A model generated the notes under the pieces. That model was not told the origin of the DNA. It made no database searches and saw nothing but the letters and a program-made list of their open reading frames with translations. DNA of 45,718 nucleotides, from positions 1 to 45,718 of the forward strand of contig ML002300.1 of NCBI GenBank assembly GCA_003614675.1. Direction: 5' to 3'. Of this stretch, positions 1 to 10,870 are shown in pieces. Position numbers and translations under genes: made by a program. How positions within the stretch are numbered: position 1 is the first letter of the stretch; each line of letters starts with the position of its first letter. The stretch is from Dimargaris cristalligena (taxonomy: Eukaryota).

Positions 1-1013
1 GGCCTACTTAATCTTTAGTAGTATATCCCGGCCAAACTATTTTTAGTTTAGAAAAGATGAAGAACATCACTGAAGGTCAGTCTTCATCTTTTCCCACACA
101 TTTATAAGCCATTCGATGGCTTGGGCCACCTTTCCATTATTCAATATTCATAGTATTATTCGTAGTTCGAGGATGTCTTAGTTATAGAAGTCTGGGGCAT
201 ATCCCCAGCCTTTGCACCTCCAAAGCCGCCAGCATTGGTGGCCTTCATTATTATATTATCTAGTATCATCATAGCACCAGTAAGTCGCTATACTCCATTT
301 TATGTAAATACCCGCTGGGTATTCTCTTAAATAAAGACAAGCAGTTTTTACATGAGTATAGTTTACTATTCAGTTTTATTTCGATCCCCGGTCTGCTACT
401 GCTCCAGCCGGCCCTGATAAGGTTATCGGGCTATATTATCTTGTGGTATTAAGTACGACCACAACAACGGGGTATTCTGCGCCACATAATCTTAAAGTAT
501 TTATTAATCCGCCGATTAAAGTTGCTGACCCAATAGAAAACTAAGTGGAGCATAGGAGCCGAAATACCTCAAGGCAAGCATTGGCCCCATCGAATGGCTT
601 GATTCAGACGAATAACAGTGGTAATCCAACGATGGCTCAGTTATTCGCCCAGAACCATTTGGCAGAATTCCAGGGCCCGATTTTTATCAAACCACTTCGA
701 TATATTTTTTATATAACTGTTGCATTAGGAGATATTCCTTGGAGGGATATGGATATAATAATCATTGCAAAAAGATCAGATATTAATACTATGTCAATTT
801 CGGATATAACATATCCTATGGCACTACACAAATGACTATAGTAAAAAAAATAGTATGTCTTCATATCGGCCGACAGTGGGCAGCATTGTTGGATCGGATA
901 TAGTCAACCGGCTTTACAGCCATGTTGAATAAACAGGCATTTTGAGCATTTCAGGGAATAAAGGAAATGCGGTCCAATAAACCCCCGAACGCAAAAATTG
1001 AAAGGACTTCACA

Positions 1014-2504
1014 TTATTTACGACCCCCGCCTGGAGGTGGAGGCAAAAATGGCATAGGAGCTGCTTTGCCATCTGCTGCCGGCTTAGGTCGCTGCCGCTT
1101 GTTTAACTGGGAATATGCGTTAGGTGAATGGTTGCCGAAAATAATAAATATTGTGTAGACAGGTAAAAAAAACGTGCACACATCATCAGGGTTAGTATAC
1201 TATGGATCAATAAAGTAGATGCGCAGGTCTAATCCCTCATTGTGGTGGGTGCATATGGATTGTATGAGAGAACCGATGAGGTTTTTCTGACCACCCATCG
1301 ATCCACTAAATAACCCAATGAACTTACCCCGCCGAGATTAATGCTAATAGTCTGGCCTTCCTTGAGGCTGTAATCTACTTTGGGTTTTGTATCGACCTCC
1401 TTGGTTAGCTGTTCATCAGCCTGGCCCTGCCTAATCAACAGTGGGGAATCGCACATCGGGATAAATGCGGCAATGTTGTTAAAACTGGGATTCTAGCAAT
1501 AGTGATATAGGCACATTGATTACAATAATCTAGTAATGTCCCGGGTTAGCCAGGATAAATATGGGGGGGATGGAAGAAGAAACTTACTTGCGGTAGTCTT
1601 GGAGGACAACATTGAAGTCGAAGGCTTCGGACCGGTCCTGGAAACCGAGACCGATAAACGCGTGTTGATCTAAGGGATACATTAATTACACATGGCATAA
1701 CCATAGGCCAAATATAACGAGGTAAGTCAATGAGTTATGGCCAAACAATCCAACTATTTAAACTGCATATGAATTGTAAGCGGGATTGACTACCAAGTGT
1801 GGGTACGGACCTTGATTCTGCACTTTAATGACAAAATACCGGCTGGAGTCAAGTACGGGCTCGACTGCAACTCCCTGTTTATCGTAGTGGCACTCTGCGA
1901 ATAGCTCGCCCGTTTTACTGTCCTCGAGACGAATGGTGCAGTGGGTTGACGACGCCAATACCCGCAGGCGGCCTTCCCATAGGGGCTCATCGACTTTCCA
2001 GTCAGCGGCTCTAGAGTGATAGTTGTTCATAGATTATGCGAGGATTCGTATAGACACAATGGATTACAATGACGGGAGTCAGGATTAAGGCCGCCGAATA
2101 ATAATGAAGAGATGTGCACTGCTGACAATTTGTCTGACAAGGGCTAGGTAAAGCGGCGTCACCAAGTAAATGCGGCCTATTTAGACCAATTATACTAACC
2201 TGAACCCGGCGCTACGGGTGCGTGGCGGGAGATTGTAGACTGTGATTAGGAAGAAAATGAACCAATATAATTAATTGTATGGTACGGCGAAGAAATTAAA
2301 TACGGGTTTGTTTAAGGTAAAAGCAGCCTGCACCCATCTCATCGTGCAGCATCGTCAACGAAGGGAGGGGGGTACAAGTACAACTCCATAGGCAGTTCCC
2401 TCGAGGCAGTCTGGTGACCATTGCGTCTCAAGGGGACGGGTGAACCTACCGAAGCATTCCCGAATTATCAGTAATACCGACTCGTAGTCATCGTCGTGGG
2501 CCAT
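1014..2504 (-). CDS. NECAP: Adaptin ear-binding coat-associated protein (NECAP, PHear domain), about 190 aa, 6 exons: 2450-2504, 2200-2239, 1811-2010, 1588-1669, 1328-1430, 1014-1106
   Basis: The exons join in frame through GT-AG introns (573 nt total). The product reads [49 protein letters not shown]...[15 protein letters not shown]...[23 protein letters not shown]...[15 protein letters not shown]...FLPPPP, which are characteristic NECAP motifs. Confidence 0.95.
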
Positions 2505-3286
2505 GGCTGCGGAGAATGGGTGTGCAGCAACTGTAGTAGAGGTAAAAAGAGAGGGGATGTGTAAAGGCAGGAGTAACAACAAGGCGGAAAAGGAGTCTTG
2601 GAATTAAATAGTCAACCAACGGGACAAGAGAGGTGCGCTCAACCATGAACGAGCTGCTTTTACGGGAAATATTAAAGGCAGCGGGGTATACTCTAGCCTG
2701 TAGGAGATGGGGCTGGGAGGCTCTCGTTTATGGAGTATTGAGGGTGTGGATGGGGATGGAGATGGAGATGGGTCGGAGTGGCAATTCGTGGCGCCCTGCC
2801 CAAGTCGAGGGGATTCGCTCCATCCACTGTGGCTGCCCTGTTTCGCTCTACTCCAATTGCCCTCTGTGACAAGCGGCTGCTTGGACCAGGCCATTCATCA
2901 GCTCTCCTCCGGGACTAAACCGTTTTACCCAACCCCAGTACAAGATCTTGCCCACACCAAAAAATTAAACATTTATAAATGTACAAGCATGGGCTCCATT
3001 CTAAGCAGGATATAATTTATTCGCACTTCACTATAGAGAAACATTACATCAAAAAAGCCTGGAATTGAACGTGAAGCACCCAGTCCGGCTGGATATTAGA
3101 AAAACAAGCCCACGCTACATGTTCCAACCCTGCAAGGTTATCGGATAGGACTAAGCTTATACTAGGGCAACGGGTAGGCAGGTCCGAGGAATATAGTAGA
3201 TAAACCATCCGCGGTTAGCACCCCCTCCCCTCTCTCTCCTCGCAAGTCACCATAGCAACCACCCCTGGTGCCGTTTTCCGAAATTA

Positions 3287-3907
3287 TTATAACTTGGCTT
3301 TCACGATGGGGTTGATGATTAGATCGAAGCAAGAGGAGTACTCCTCGCCCGCGGGGTTTTGATCAAATGCCCAAATCCAGACAAACGATTTGGGGCCAGC
3401 CGGGGCGTTCTCGGGAACCGTATAACTCCCCCAACAGTTGGAATCGTCCTTGTTACCGTCGCACCGGGTCTTGTCCATAAAGGTGAACTCGCCCACTGTT
3501 TGGCCTTTTTTCAAGTCGGCGTATTTAAGTTTGCCAATGTCGTCGGTGGCGAAGTATACTACCTTGACCTTGGTATTGGCAAATGCCTGGTGCCCGTTCA
3601 CCCGATACAAAACATGGTTGGTGCCGCCCGGGTAACTGGAACCAATCTTAAATTTGGCATAGTACTTGAGACTCGCTTGGCGCTTGGGGTCGCAGAGGAG
3701 TGCATTGGCCGGACGAGCCTCCAGTTTGTGGGTATACCAATCGTCAGCGGGGGCTGTTCCGCGTCCATTGTACAAACGCATATGCCCTTCGCATTTCTTC
3801 GTGTCCGTGTTGTACTTGGTGCAATCAGTCCAGCTATGACCAAGAGTAACCGACAGCAGGGTAAGAACGCCCACCAATGCCAGTGGTACCTGTTTATCCA
3901 AAAGCAT
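3287..3907 (-). CDS. Secreted 206-aa protein with a predicted N-terminal His after signal cleavage; LPMO-like (His-brace candidate)
   Basis: Intronless ORF. Hydrophobic signal peptide ending ...SVTLG is followed by HSWTDC. It has 6 Cys, an internal YRVNGH motif and a C-terminal FVWIWAF...EEYSSCFD motif. The coding status is well supported; the function is inferred. Confidence 0.8.
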   Translation of the reverse strand: MLLDKQVPLALVGVLTLLSVTLGHSWTDCTKYNTDTKKCEGHMRLYNGRGTAPADDWYTHKLEARPANALLCDPKRQASLKYYAKFKIGSSYPGGTNHVLYRVNGHQAFANTKVKVVYFATDDIGKLKYADLKKGQTVGEFTFMDKTRCDGNKDDSNCWGSYTVPENAPAGPKSFVWIWAFDQNPAGEEYSSCFDLIINPIVKAKL

Positions 3908-6411
3908 GGGTTAAAATATGGAGTCGTGAAAACTCCCTTGGAATCCGGTGTAGTAGGAAAGTGATAAAAGACTTTGGGCTTGGTTCGGATGAATAGTTTC
4001 CTAAAGAATCTCGGCGAAGTAGGAGCCTGTATTTAACAACCAGGATAGGTCGAAGGTGTACAATTTACTAAACAAAGCAGGATGGATACCGGAACTAGTC
4101 AATAAAGAGAACCAAGGTATAAAGGATGGTATCCGCAATCAATGTGGGGTAAGCCGGTGTGTATCGTGGTATGTTTGAGACAAAATATGAAGAAGGGTAA
4201 ATTATACAATTCAAGTGAAGACAAACCAAAACAATGGAGGGGGAACCGGGTGGTTTAAATAGATGGCAGGGAGCAGTGTCGAGTTTATAATACACCCTTT
4301 ACACTGACACTTAAGTTCGGCCAAACCGGAATATGGGGTGTTCAACGTGAAGGCATCTTCCCAATGAGGCTACAGTATTTTCAAATGGTTTTTTACTCAA
4401 CCGGCGGCACGGTTTACCCTCCCTCTCTGTTGCCCTATTCTACCCATGTTTCGTTACAGGGCGCCTAATCCCAATTGTTTTTGCTGCGACTGTAATCCTT
4501 ATTTCCGGATAGAGTGGGCGAGTCCTCCCCAGAAAGTACGGGCCCTTTTAGGTCGTGTATAACTGTATAGTGAACCCATTAGCCCGTCTCTATGTTACGC
4601 ATGAAAGGTCAACTTTGGAAATCCACCCCCCCTCCTTTCTTTCCTCTCCCGCTAGCTATCCTCCTTTAAAACATACGGAAACAGACGGGAGAAAAAGAAT
4701 AGTCGTCCCCCTCCTATGGTAGACCCAGCGCTCTTCTGTAATTTAAAAGGTGTACTGCCACACCGGCTGCGGTTGTCTGTCTCCCAATCATGGCGAAATA
4801 GCTACAGGAAAAGCACAAGGGCTGGGTAGTATAGACCAATCATCGTACAGTACCGTGGTTCTACGAATCAAGTTCGTGGAATGCTGGGGGTCATTAGGGG
4901 AGGCGGGCTTCGATACAACGCTTGGCCCTGCGACTTGGGAACTAAGGCTCGGCTAAATAAAAAATCGGGGTGCCAAGGGCTACATACATGTGGGTAGTGG
5001 GCGGCATAGGAGAGGTACATTAGGGGGGGAATATAATGTGCAGGCGGGAGAGGAACGTCGATAAGGGCTAAGCTAGGTGCCATTTAGGCTGCACCACCTT
5101 CATTAAGGCTTGCCGCTGTCGTTGGAATTTACTATGAACTACGCGCCCCAGATAGAACAGCTATTTCAGTGGGCCGAATTCCAACGAATTGACATCCCAC
5201 CACCACAGCCTTACCTTTTGACAAGTCAAACTAGGCGGATGTCCACCCATGTTGGCCTATATTAATTGGGCCTCAAGAGACCTCCCCTGGCGATACCGCA
5301 TGACCTCCGAAAAGTGCAGTTGTCAAACGAATGCGGCCACAGATGGCCAATCCGGTTACACTGCCAGGGCCTCCCTGTATAATAGACACCGTAATACAGG
5401 TTCAAGAAAACAACATTCATCGGAAACAAGCCGGCTATTCCGTGGCTAGTCGGGAAACTTGAGAACGAGCCCAAAAAACATGCAACTCTCCCCCCTCCTC
5501 TACTAGTTGTCCCCAGATGGCTGAGTTATCGATAAGAACCGTAGGGAGAAACGGCCTTTAAAGTTACGCGAATTGGCCCACCTGCTTAGGTGACAGTTGG
5601 GGCGTGGAGTATATTTTGTTTTGTGCTTCATTGGCCAAAAATGGGACGGTAAGATGCGGGGTTTTATCGTTACCAATAATAATGGTGTTTTGGCGTATTG
5701 TCCTAATGGATACGCCCTTACAATCGGACCTACACCCCACAGCCAAGGACGTGTGGGTTCGACCGAGGGGCTAGATCTCGAGTACTGCTTAGTACCGTGA
5801 CCTATGAAATGACCAAGGGGGACTGCTACTACTCCTGGTGGATAATGCCACCCCGCTAAAAAATCTTTCCTTTAACCCATGCCGAATCGACTGAACCTGC
5901 CTTCGAAATAGGGGCATATTTATCGCGGCCAATCAATCTATATTAGATAATCTAAACTACCCTAGACCTCAGTTCCATGCATGGCTGACTTCACACACAT
6001 TACAGTGGTGCATGGTACTGCACTTTATTCTTCTACAAACCACACTGTCCACGGTCGCCTCCCGAAATTCCTACATCGTAAAATCTCGCCCCAAGGTATG
6101 GAAGGAGGGGGGGATTTTCCTATTGTATGAAATACTTGGCTTAGGCGCCTGGAGGGCCGGGGATTGCCACCAAGACGGTGAGGGATGTGATGATGGTGAG
6201 CTTCCCAACCCCCCGTTCTCTTAAAATACCTGGAAAACGCCGGCCGCAATGTGTGCAGTATCTGTATTTTCCAAGCAACACATTATAAATTGTCGTCATA
6301 TTAACCTGTTCCGGGCGGCTTTCCATTCAATTTTCGCTGTGCTGCTCACCCTTCTCTCTCCCTCCAGTGTACTCAAACATCGCGCGTAATTTGAACCTAT
6401 TGTTTTGAATT

Positions 6412-8082
6412 ATGGATACTTCGGATGCCGCAACTAGCCATGATGGAACTACATGGTCTCTGACGGGCAAACGTATTGCTGTTATTGGGTCCGGGGTATC
6501 CGGCCTTGGCGCCGCCTGGTTACTAGCCAACCACTCTCCGCACCGTGTGACTCTTTACGAGAAGGGCGACTATATCGGCGGTCATACCCATACGGTACCT
6601 TTCCAACGCCCCCCTTCTTTATCGGCACCAGCCAATGCTCCCGTTGGCACTATACCCGTGGACACCGGATTCATCACGTACAACAAAGTCAATTACCCCA
6701 ACCTCGTTCAGCTCTTCGAGTACCTGGGAGTCGCCACTGAAGATTCGTGTATGTCGTTTGGGGTGAGCCGGGACCAGGGTCAGTTTGAGTGGTCTAGTGA
6801 TGGCCTATCGTCCATCTTCGTTCAACTGTCGAACTTGTGGAATCCTGGTCATTGGCGTATGATTTACGATATGGTTCGCTTCACCTTCCTGGGCACCGAA
6901 TTGCTGCATCTACCGGCCGACCACCCTGACCGCACCCAACTCAGTATCGGCAGCTACTTGGATAGGAATGGTTACTCCCCCGAATTCCGAAATAATTATC
7001 TAATTCCCATGACGGCGGCCATTTGGACCACCCCCATGGATCGCTGTTCGTTGGAGTTCCCGGCTTCGACTCTAATCCAGTTTCTATATAATCACTGTTT
7101 GCTAAGAATAACCGGTTTTCTGCAGTGGCGAACAGTCACGGGGGGTAGCCAGAGCTACGTTAAGCGTATCGTGGAGACTCTCCCGGATGTGCGCGTGAAC
7201 TGTCCCGTCACCGGGGTGCGTCGTTTCACTAATGACAGTGGTGCATCGACGGTGGCCGTTACCGATGGCCATGGAAATACCGAATCCTACGACTATGTGG
7301 TCTTCGCCACCCACGCCGACCAGGCTTTGGCCATTTTAGGGACTGAAGCCACCGGCGAGGAGCGTGAACTGCTGGCCCCGTTCCGATTTACGGCCAACCG
7401 AGCGGTCCTGCACACGGATCTGCGACTCATGCCCATCCGCCGAGGGGCCTGGTCCAGCTGGAATTACCTGGTCCGCTCCCCAGAACTTTCCGCTGACTCC
7501 AAAACTGAGTCCCCGTACCATGACCAGTCCCTTCTACCCCAAGTTTCGCTGACCTACTGCATGAATAAAACCCAAAATATCCCCGAGGACCGCTACGGGC
7601 CAGTCCTAGTCACCCTGAATCCCCTTTGGGAGCCGGACCCCGCTTTGACGCTCGGCTCCTGGAATTATGAGCACCCTGAGTTCACCCCGGAAATGGTGGC
7701 GGCCCAGCGTCGTTTAGTCGAGTACCAAACCCACCAATGGGCGCTCATTAATGACTCCGACTGCTCTGCACCCAAACCAAACCAAGTTGCCGCCGAGCCC
7801 AGCCACATCTTTTTCTGCGGGGCCTGGACCCACTACGGATTCCACGAAGATGGCCTGACCTCGGGCTTAGAGATGGCCAAAGCTCTCGGTGCCGTCTGTC
7901 CGTTCGATATCACGGATGCCTCCCAGAAATGCCAGGCTCCTCCGCCCACCACCGCAATGGCGCGCAGCGTCTTCGCTATGACTGATTGGATAATTCAGCA
8001 CTGCTCCTTAATGGGAGTCTTCTTGACTCTATTCTCATGTATTGCCTTGTGGGCTAATCTGGGGACTATTCCGACTTACTAA
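6412..8082 (+). CDS. FAD-dependent oxidoreductase, COG2907-like (amine-oxidase superfamily; related to the N-terminal domain of plant cyclopropane synthases), 556 aa
   Basis: Rossmann motif RIAVIGSGVSGLGAAW, LYEK..YIGGHTHT, VDTGFITYN..NYPNL, AWSSWNY, YEHP and FCGAWTHYGFHEDGLTSG. Hydrophobic C-terminal tail. Intronless. Confidence 0.9.
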   Translation: MDTSDAATSHDGTTWSLTGKRIAVIGSGVSGLGAAWLLANHSPHRVTLYEKGDYIGGHTHTVPFQRPPSLSAPANAPVGTIPVDTGFITYNKVNYPNLVQLFEYLGVATEDSCMSFGVSRDQGQFEWSSDGLSSIFVQLSNLWNPGHWRMIYDMVRFTFLGTELLHLPADHPDRTQLSIGSYLDRNGYSPEFRNNYLIPMTAAIWTTPMDRCSLEFPASTLIQFLYNHCLLRITGFLQWRTVTGGSQSYVKRIVETLPDVRVNCPVTGVRRFTNDSGASTVAVTDGHGNTESYDYVVFATHADQALAILGTEATGEERELLAPFRFTANRAVLHTDLRLMPIRRGAWSSWNYLVRSPELSADSKTESPYHDQSLLPQVSLTYCMNKTQNIPEDRYGPVLVTLNPLWEPDPALTLGSWNYEHPEFTPEMVAAQRRLVEYQTHQWALINDSDCSAPKPNQVAAEPSHIFFCGAWTHYGFHEDGLTSGLEMAKALGAVCPFDITDASQKCQAPPPTTAMARSVFAMTDWIIQHCSLMGVFLTLFSCIALWANLGTIPTY

Positions 8083-8444
8083 TGGTGGTCAATAGTGACT
8101 ATCACTAACTTTATTCGTGGGCTAGCAATGCATGGCAGCAATTGGCGCATTGCCCGCGTAATTAGAAGGCTCGTTGCGAATATAGACAGTATGGGTAACT
8201 CTACTGGTTAAATAGTCCAGTTATAATTGTATTTATTGAGTCGATATACTCCTAAGTAATACTAGTGGAACTTCAGTTGAATAAATACTATTTGAACTTT
8301 TATGTGTAAATAAACTTGGGTTATGCCACACGCTCGACGTGTTGATTACAAAAATTGAGGTTAAAGAAACATCACAGATGCTTGGTTTTAAGAAAGAGAG
8401 AATATGAAATGGCCTAATGCCCGCTTATTTGATCGATAGCCAAC

Positions 8445-9209
8445 TTATGTGGTATCCACGTACTGCCAGGTAACGTCGGTTTTGTTAATTTGCATAATTT
8501 GGGATCCTAGGATTTGAACGGCCGCTGGACTTATAATGATATCGCCAACTTGGCACCCTTCGCACGTATCTTTGATGGTTAGCACTACCTCCTTGCCTCC
8601 ATAGCGCACCCGGATATGTTTATCACATTTAGGGTTGTTATTGGGATTGGCCGGGTTGGCCATTTGTGCTGTGTTCTGTTTTGTTTTTTTTTGTTTTTTG
8701 ATATGAATTTACGTAAACAGCGGGGTAAATTTTAAAAGGAAAATGCAAGGCGTTAGTAGATGTATCAGGCTTGACGGGCCAACTAGAAGGCAATCGCGCG
8801 GGTGCCTAAGATGAGAGGGGAGGGGCAAATCATCGAACCAATTTATACTTACAATGCCTGCGAAGAAGCTGCCCTTCGGCATCCAAGTCCCGCAAGACCC
8901 TAACATGGGAACGTCGTCGGTCACAAAGGCTTTTCCGGCATAGTAGGGTTTGGGGGTAGTCAGGATGGCCGGAACGGGGGGTTGGGCCTTTTCTTTAGGC
9001 GCGGGATGGGCTACAGTAGGTTTGGGGGCTGTCGCCTGGGGGGTCAGAAGATTAGTGGAAACCTTAGCCACCTGGACCGAGTTCGCCAACACCGGTTGGA
9101 TCATAACTGCCAAAGGCTTGACGGGGGGCTGCTGCTGGGGCAAAGGTTTGGACTGCACGCTCATCAACAAGCCGGACAGGGTCAAAGTGAACGCAAGGGT
9201 TGCACGCAT
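8445..9209 (-). CDS. Secreted RlpA-like double-psi beta-barrel (expansin/loosenin-like) protein, about 195 aa, 2 exons: 8853-9209, 8445-8675
   Basis: Signal peptide MRATLAFTLTLSGLLMSVQS and a Pro/Thr-rich linker, then GSCG...FFAGI|NTAQMANPANPNNNPKC...IRVRYGGKEVVLTIKDTCEGC...IIISPAA...VTW. A GTAAGT donor at 8852 and a CAG acceptor at 8676 join the two ORFs in frame. Confidence 0.88.
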
Positions 9210-10060
9210 GTTGGAGGGCTAAGTTATAGTGAATATAATGTATATACTTTAGGTGTATAGAAATTGAAGCCGAGCGGAAAATACGAATAGAAATAAAAGA
9301 AACAGGTACCTATCAAATTAGCTCGGCCTAGCTCACAACGTAGATTGTTATCTAGAAATAATATTCAAAAACTAGTTAGTGGGAAAACATGGAATAACCG
9401 TAAATGGAGTAGGGGATAAATTGTATAGTCAGGCCAAATGAAGGAAATAGGAAACGTAGATAATTTGAGCTTAGAAGTTGGCGAGGGATCCTCTGATTTA
9501 TATATCAGAAATGCGAGTCACCATGTAACCCGCCAGCCCTAATTTACCCTGGTCCCCCTTTATTACCTAGGGAGCACGGTCTTAGCGGCAATTCCTCATT
9601 GAAGCATTCACCACCCTAGTATTGCGTTATTAACTAGGGCCAATGAGTGCCCATTGCTAGACCAATTTAGAAGTTGCCTAGGGCGGTGGAAGGGTGGTGA
9701 GCTGCTAGCAAGTGTGAGAGAGAGAGACCCATTAATGGGAGAAAAAGGGATGAGATCAAGGGGGGAACTCAAGGGCCCGAGTTGGCCAGGGCCTTTGAAT
9801 ACCCATGACCTCCTTGCTTAGCTTAGGAAAAGAGGTTCAGTCTCTAGGCCAAAAATCCTCAACTGTTGACGCGGGTAACGGTGAACACGATGGGCCGTTC
9901 ATCGAAAATGAGGACAAAAAAAAAATAGGTGTCAAATAGACCCAAACCACGGCGATACTAACGAATCAAAAAGGGAGACCCCGGGCCGCCCGAGGATACC
10001 GACTTGGATCGAGCTATTGTCACCTTTGGCAAGGGTTGAGAGTGAGGAGACGGAGGGGGA

Positions 10061-10064
<4 letters not shown>

Positions 10065-10091
<27 letters not shown>
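10065..10091. repeat. (GA)n microsatellite
   Basis: Imperfect GA dinucleotide run read directly from the sequence. Confidence 0.9.
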
Positions 10092-10870
10092 GCCCCCTGA
10101 AAAGAGCTCAAAGCACAGCTCCAGCAACGGCGAAGAAATAACTATTTCTGTCATTCGGTGCACCTAGCGAAGGGATACAGTGCCCACCAATTATGCCATT
10201 GGATACCGTCCTAGGGCCCTCAAAAACCGACCCTGAGGTTAAGGGCCCCGGGCCAACCTTTGTTCATGGGGAGTCTAGACACTTACCTAAACACACGCCT
10301 CATTTGCTTTACACTGCCTACCCAAGTTAACAATGACTATCTTAGTCTCTGTTGAACTTTTGTATATATATATATAAAACTGGGAGAGGGCAGGGGTGCT
10401 AGACAATGTAGTATAGGCTCCCAGATTTGGTCCTGCCTTTGATAGTTGACACCAAGCCATGGTGTGGTTTAGGGGTATCAGATCTGAGCTATTCCGCTAA
10501 TCCGTAGTCGTGACTATATCTACTAATTATATAGGCTGTATCAGTGTTTATTTGAACTCTTTGGCAAACCACAAGCTGGATTAAATGGATAAATAAAATA
10601 TGGGATTATTGGCTGATATACTACAAAAGATGAGAATGCGCTTAAGTTTGTAGGGAAGTACTGCCACGTATTAAGGGCCAGCAACTGGATTGCTTTGGCG
10701 GAAATTGCAGACACTATGGGCCCGGATAGAGACATTATAAAGTGGGACAGGTTCTACTTTGCCGCATGCAGTTTAAGTACTTGGTGGCTAAGATTCCATG
10801 TGCGATATAGTCTCATAATAAGTATTTCCATACACACATGGACACCCAACCTCGCATGACTAAAACGAAC

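Noticed and set aside
1-300. Minus-strand stop-interrupted peptide ...ILNNGKVAQAIEWLINVWEKMK, reminiscent of a CTLH domain or a pogo/DDE_1 tail
   Set aside because: Too short and compatible with several unrelated families; it cannot be assigned without a search.
3359-3964. 201-aa plus-strand ORF overlapping the secreted His-1 gene
   Set aside because: Antisense shadow with a non-ATG start; the minus-strand ORF carries the signal peptide and motifs.
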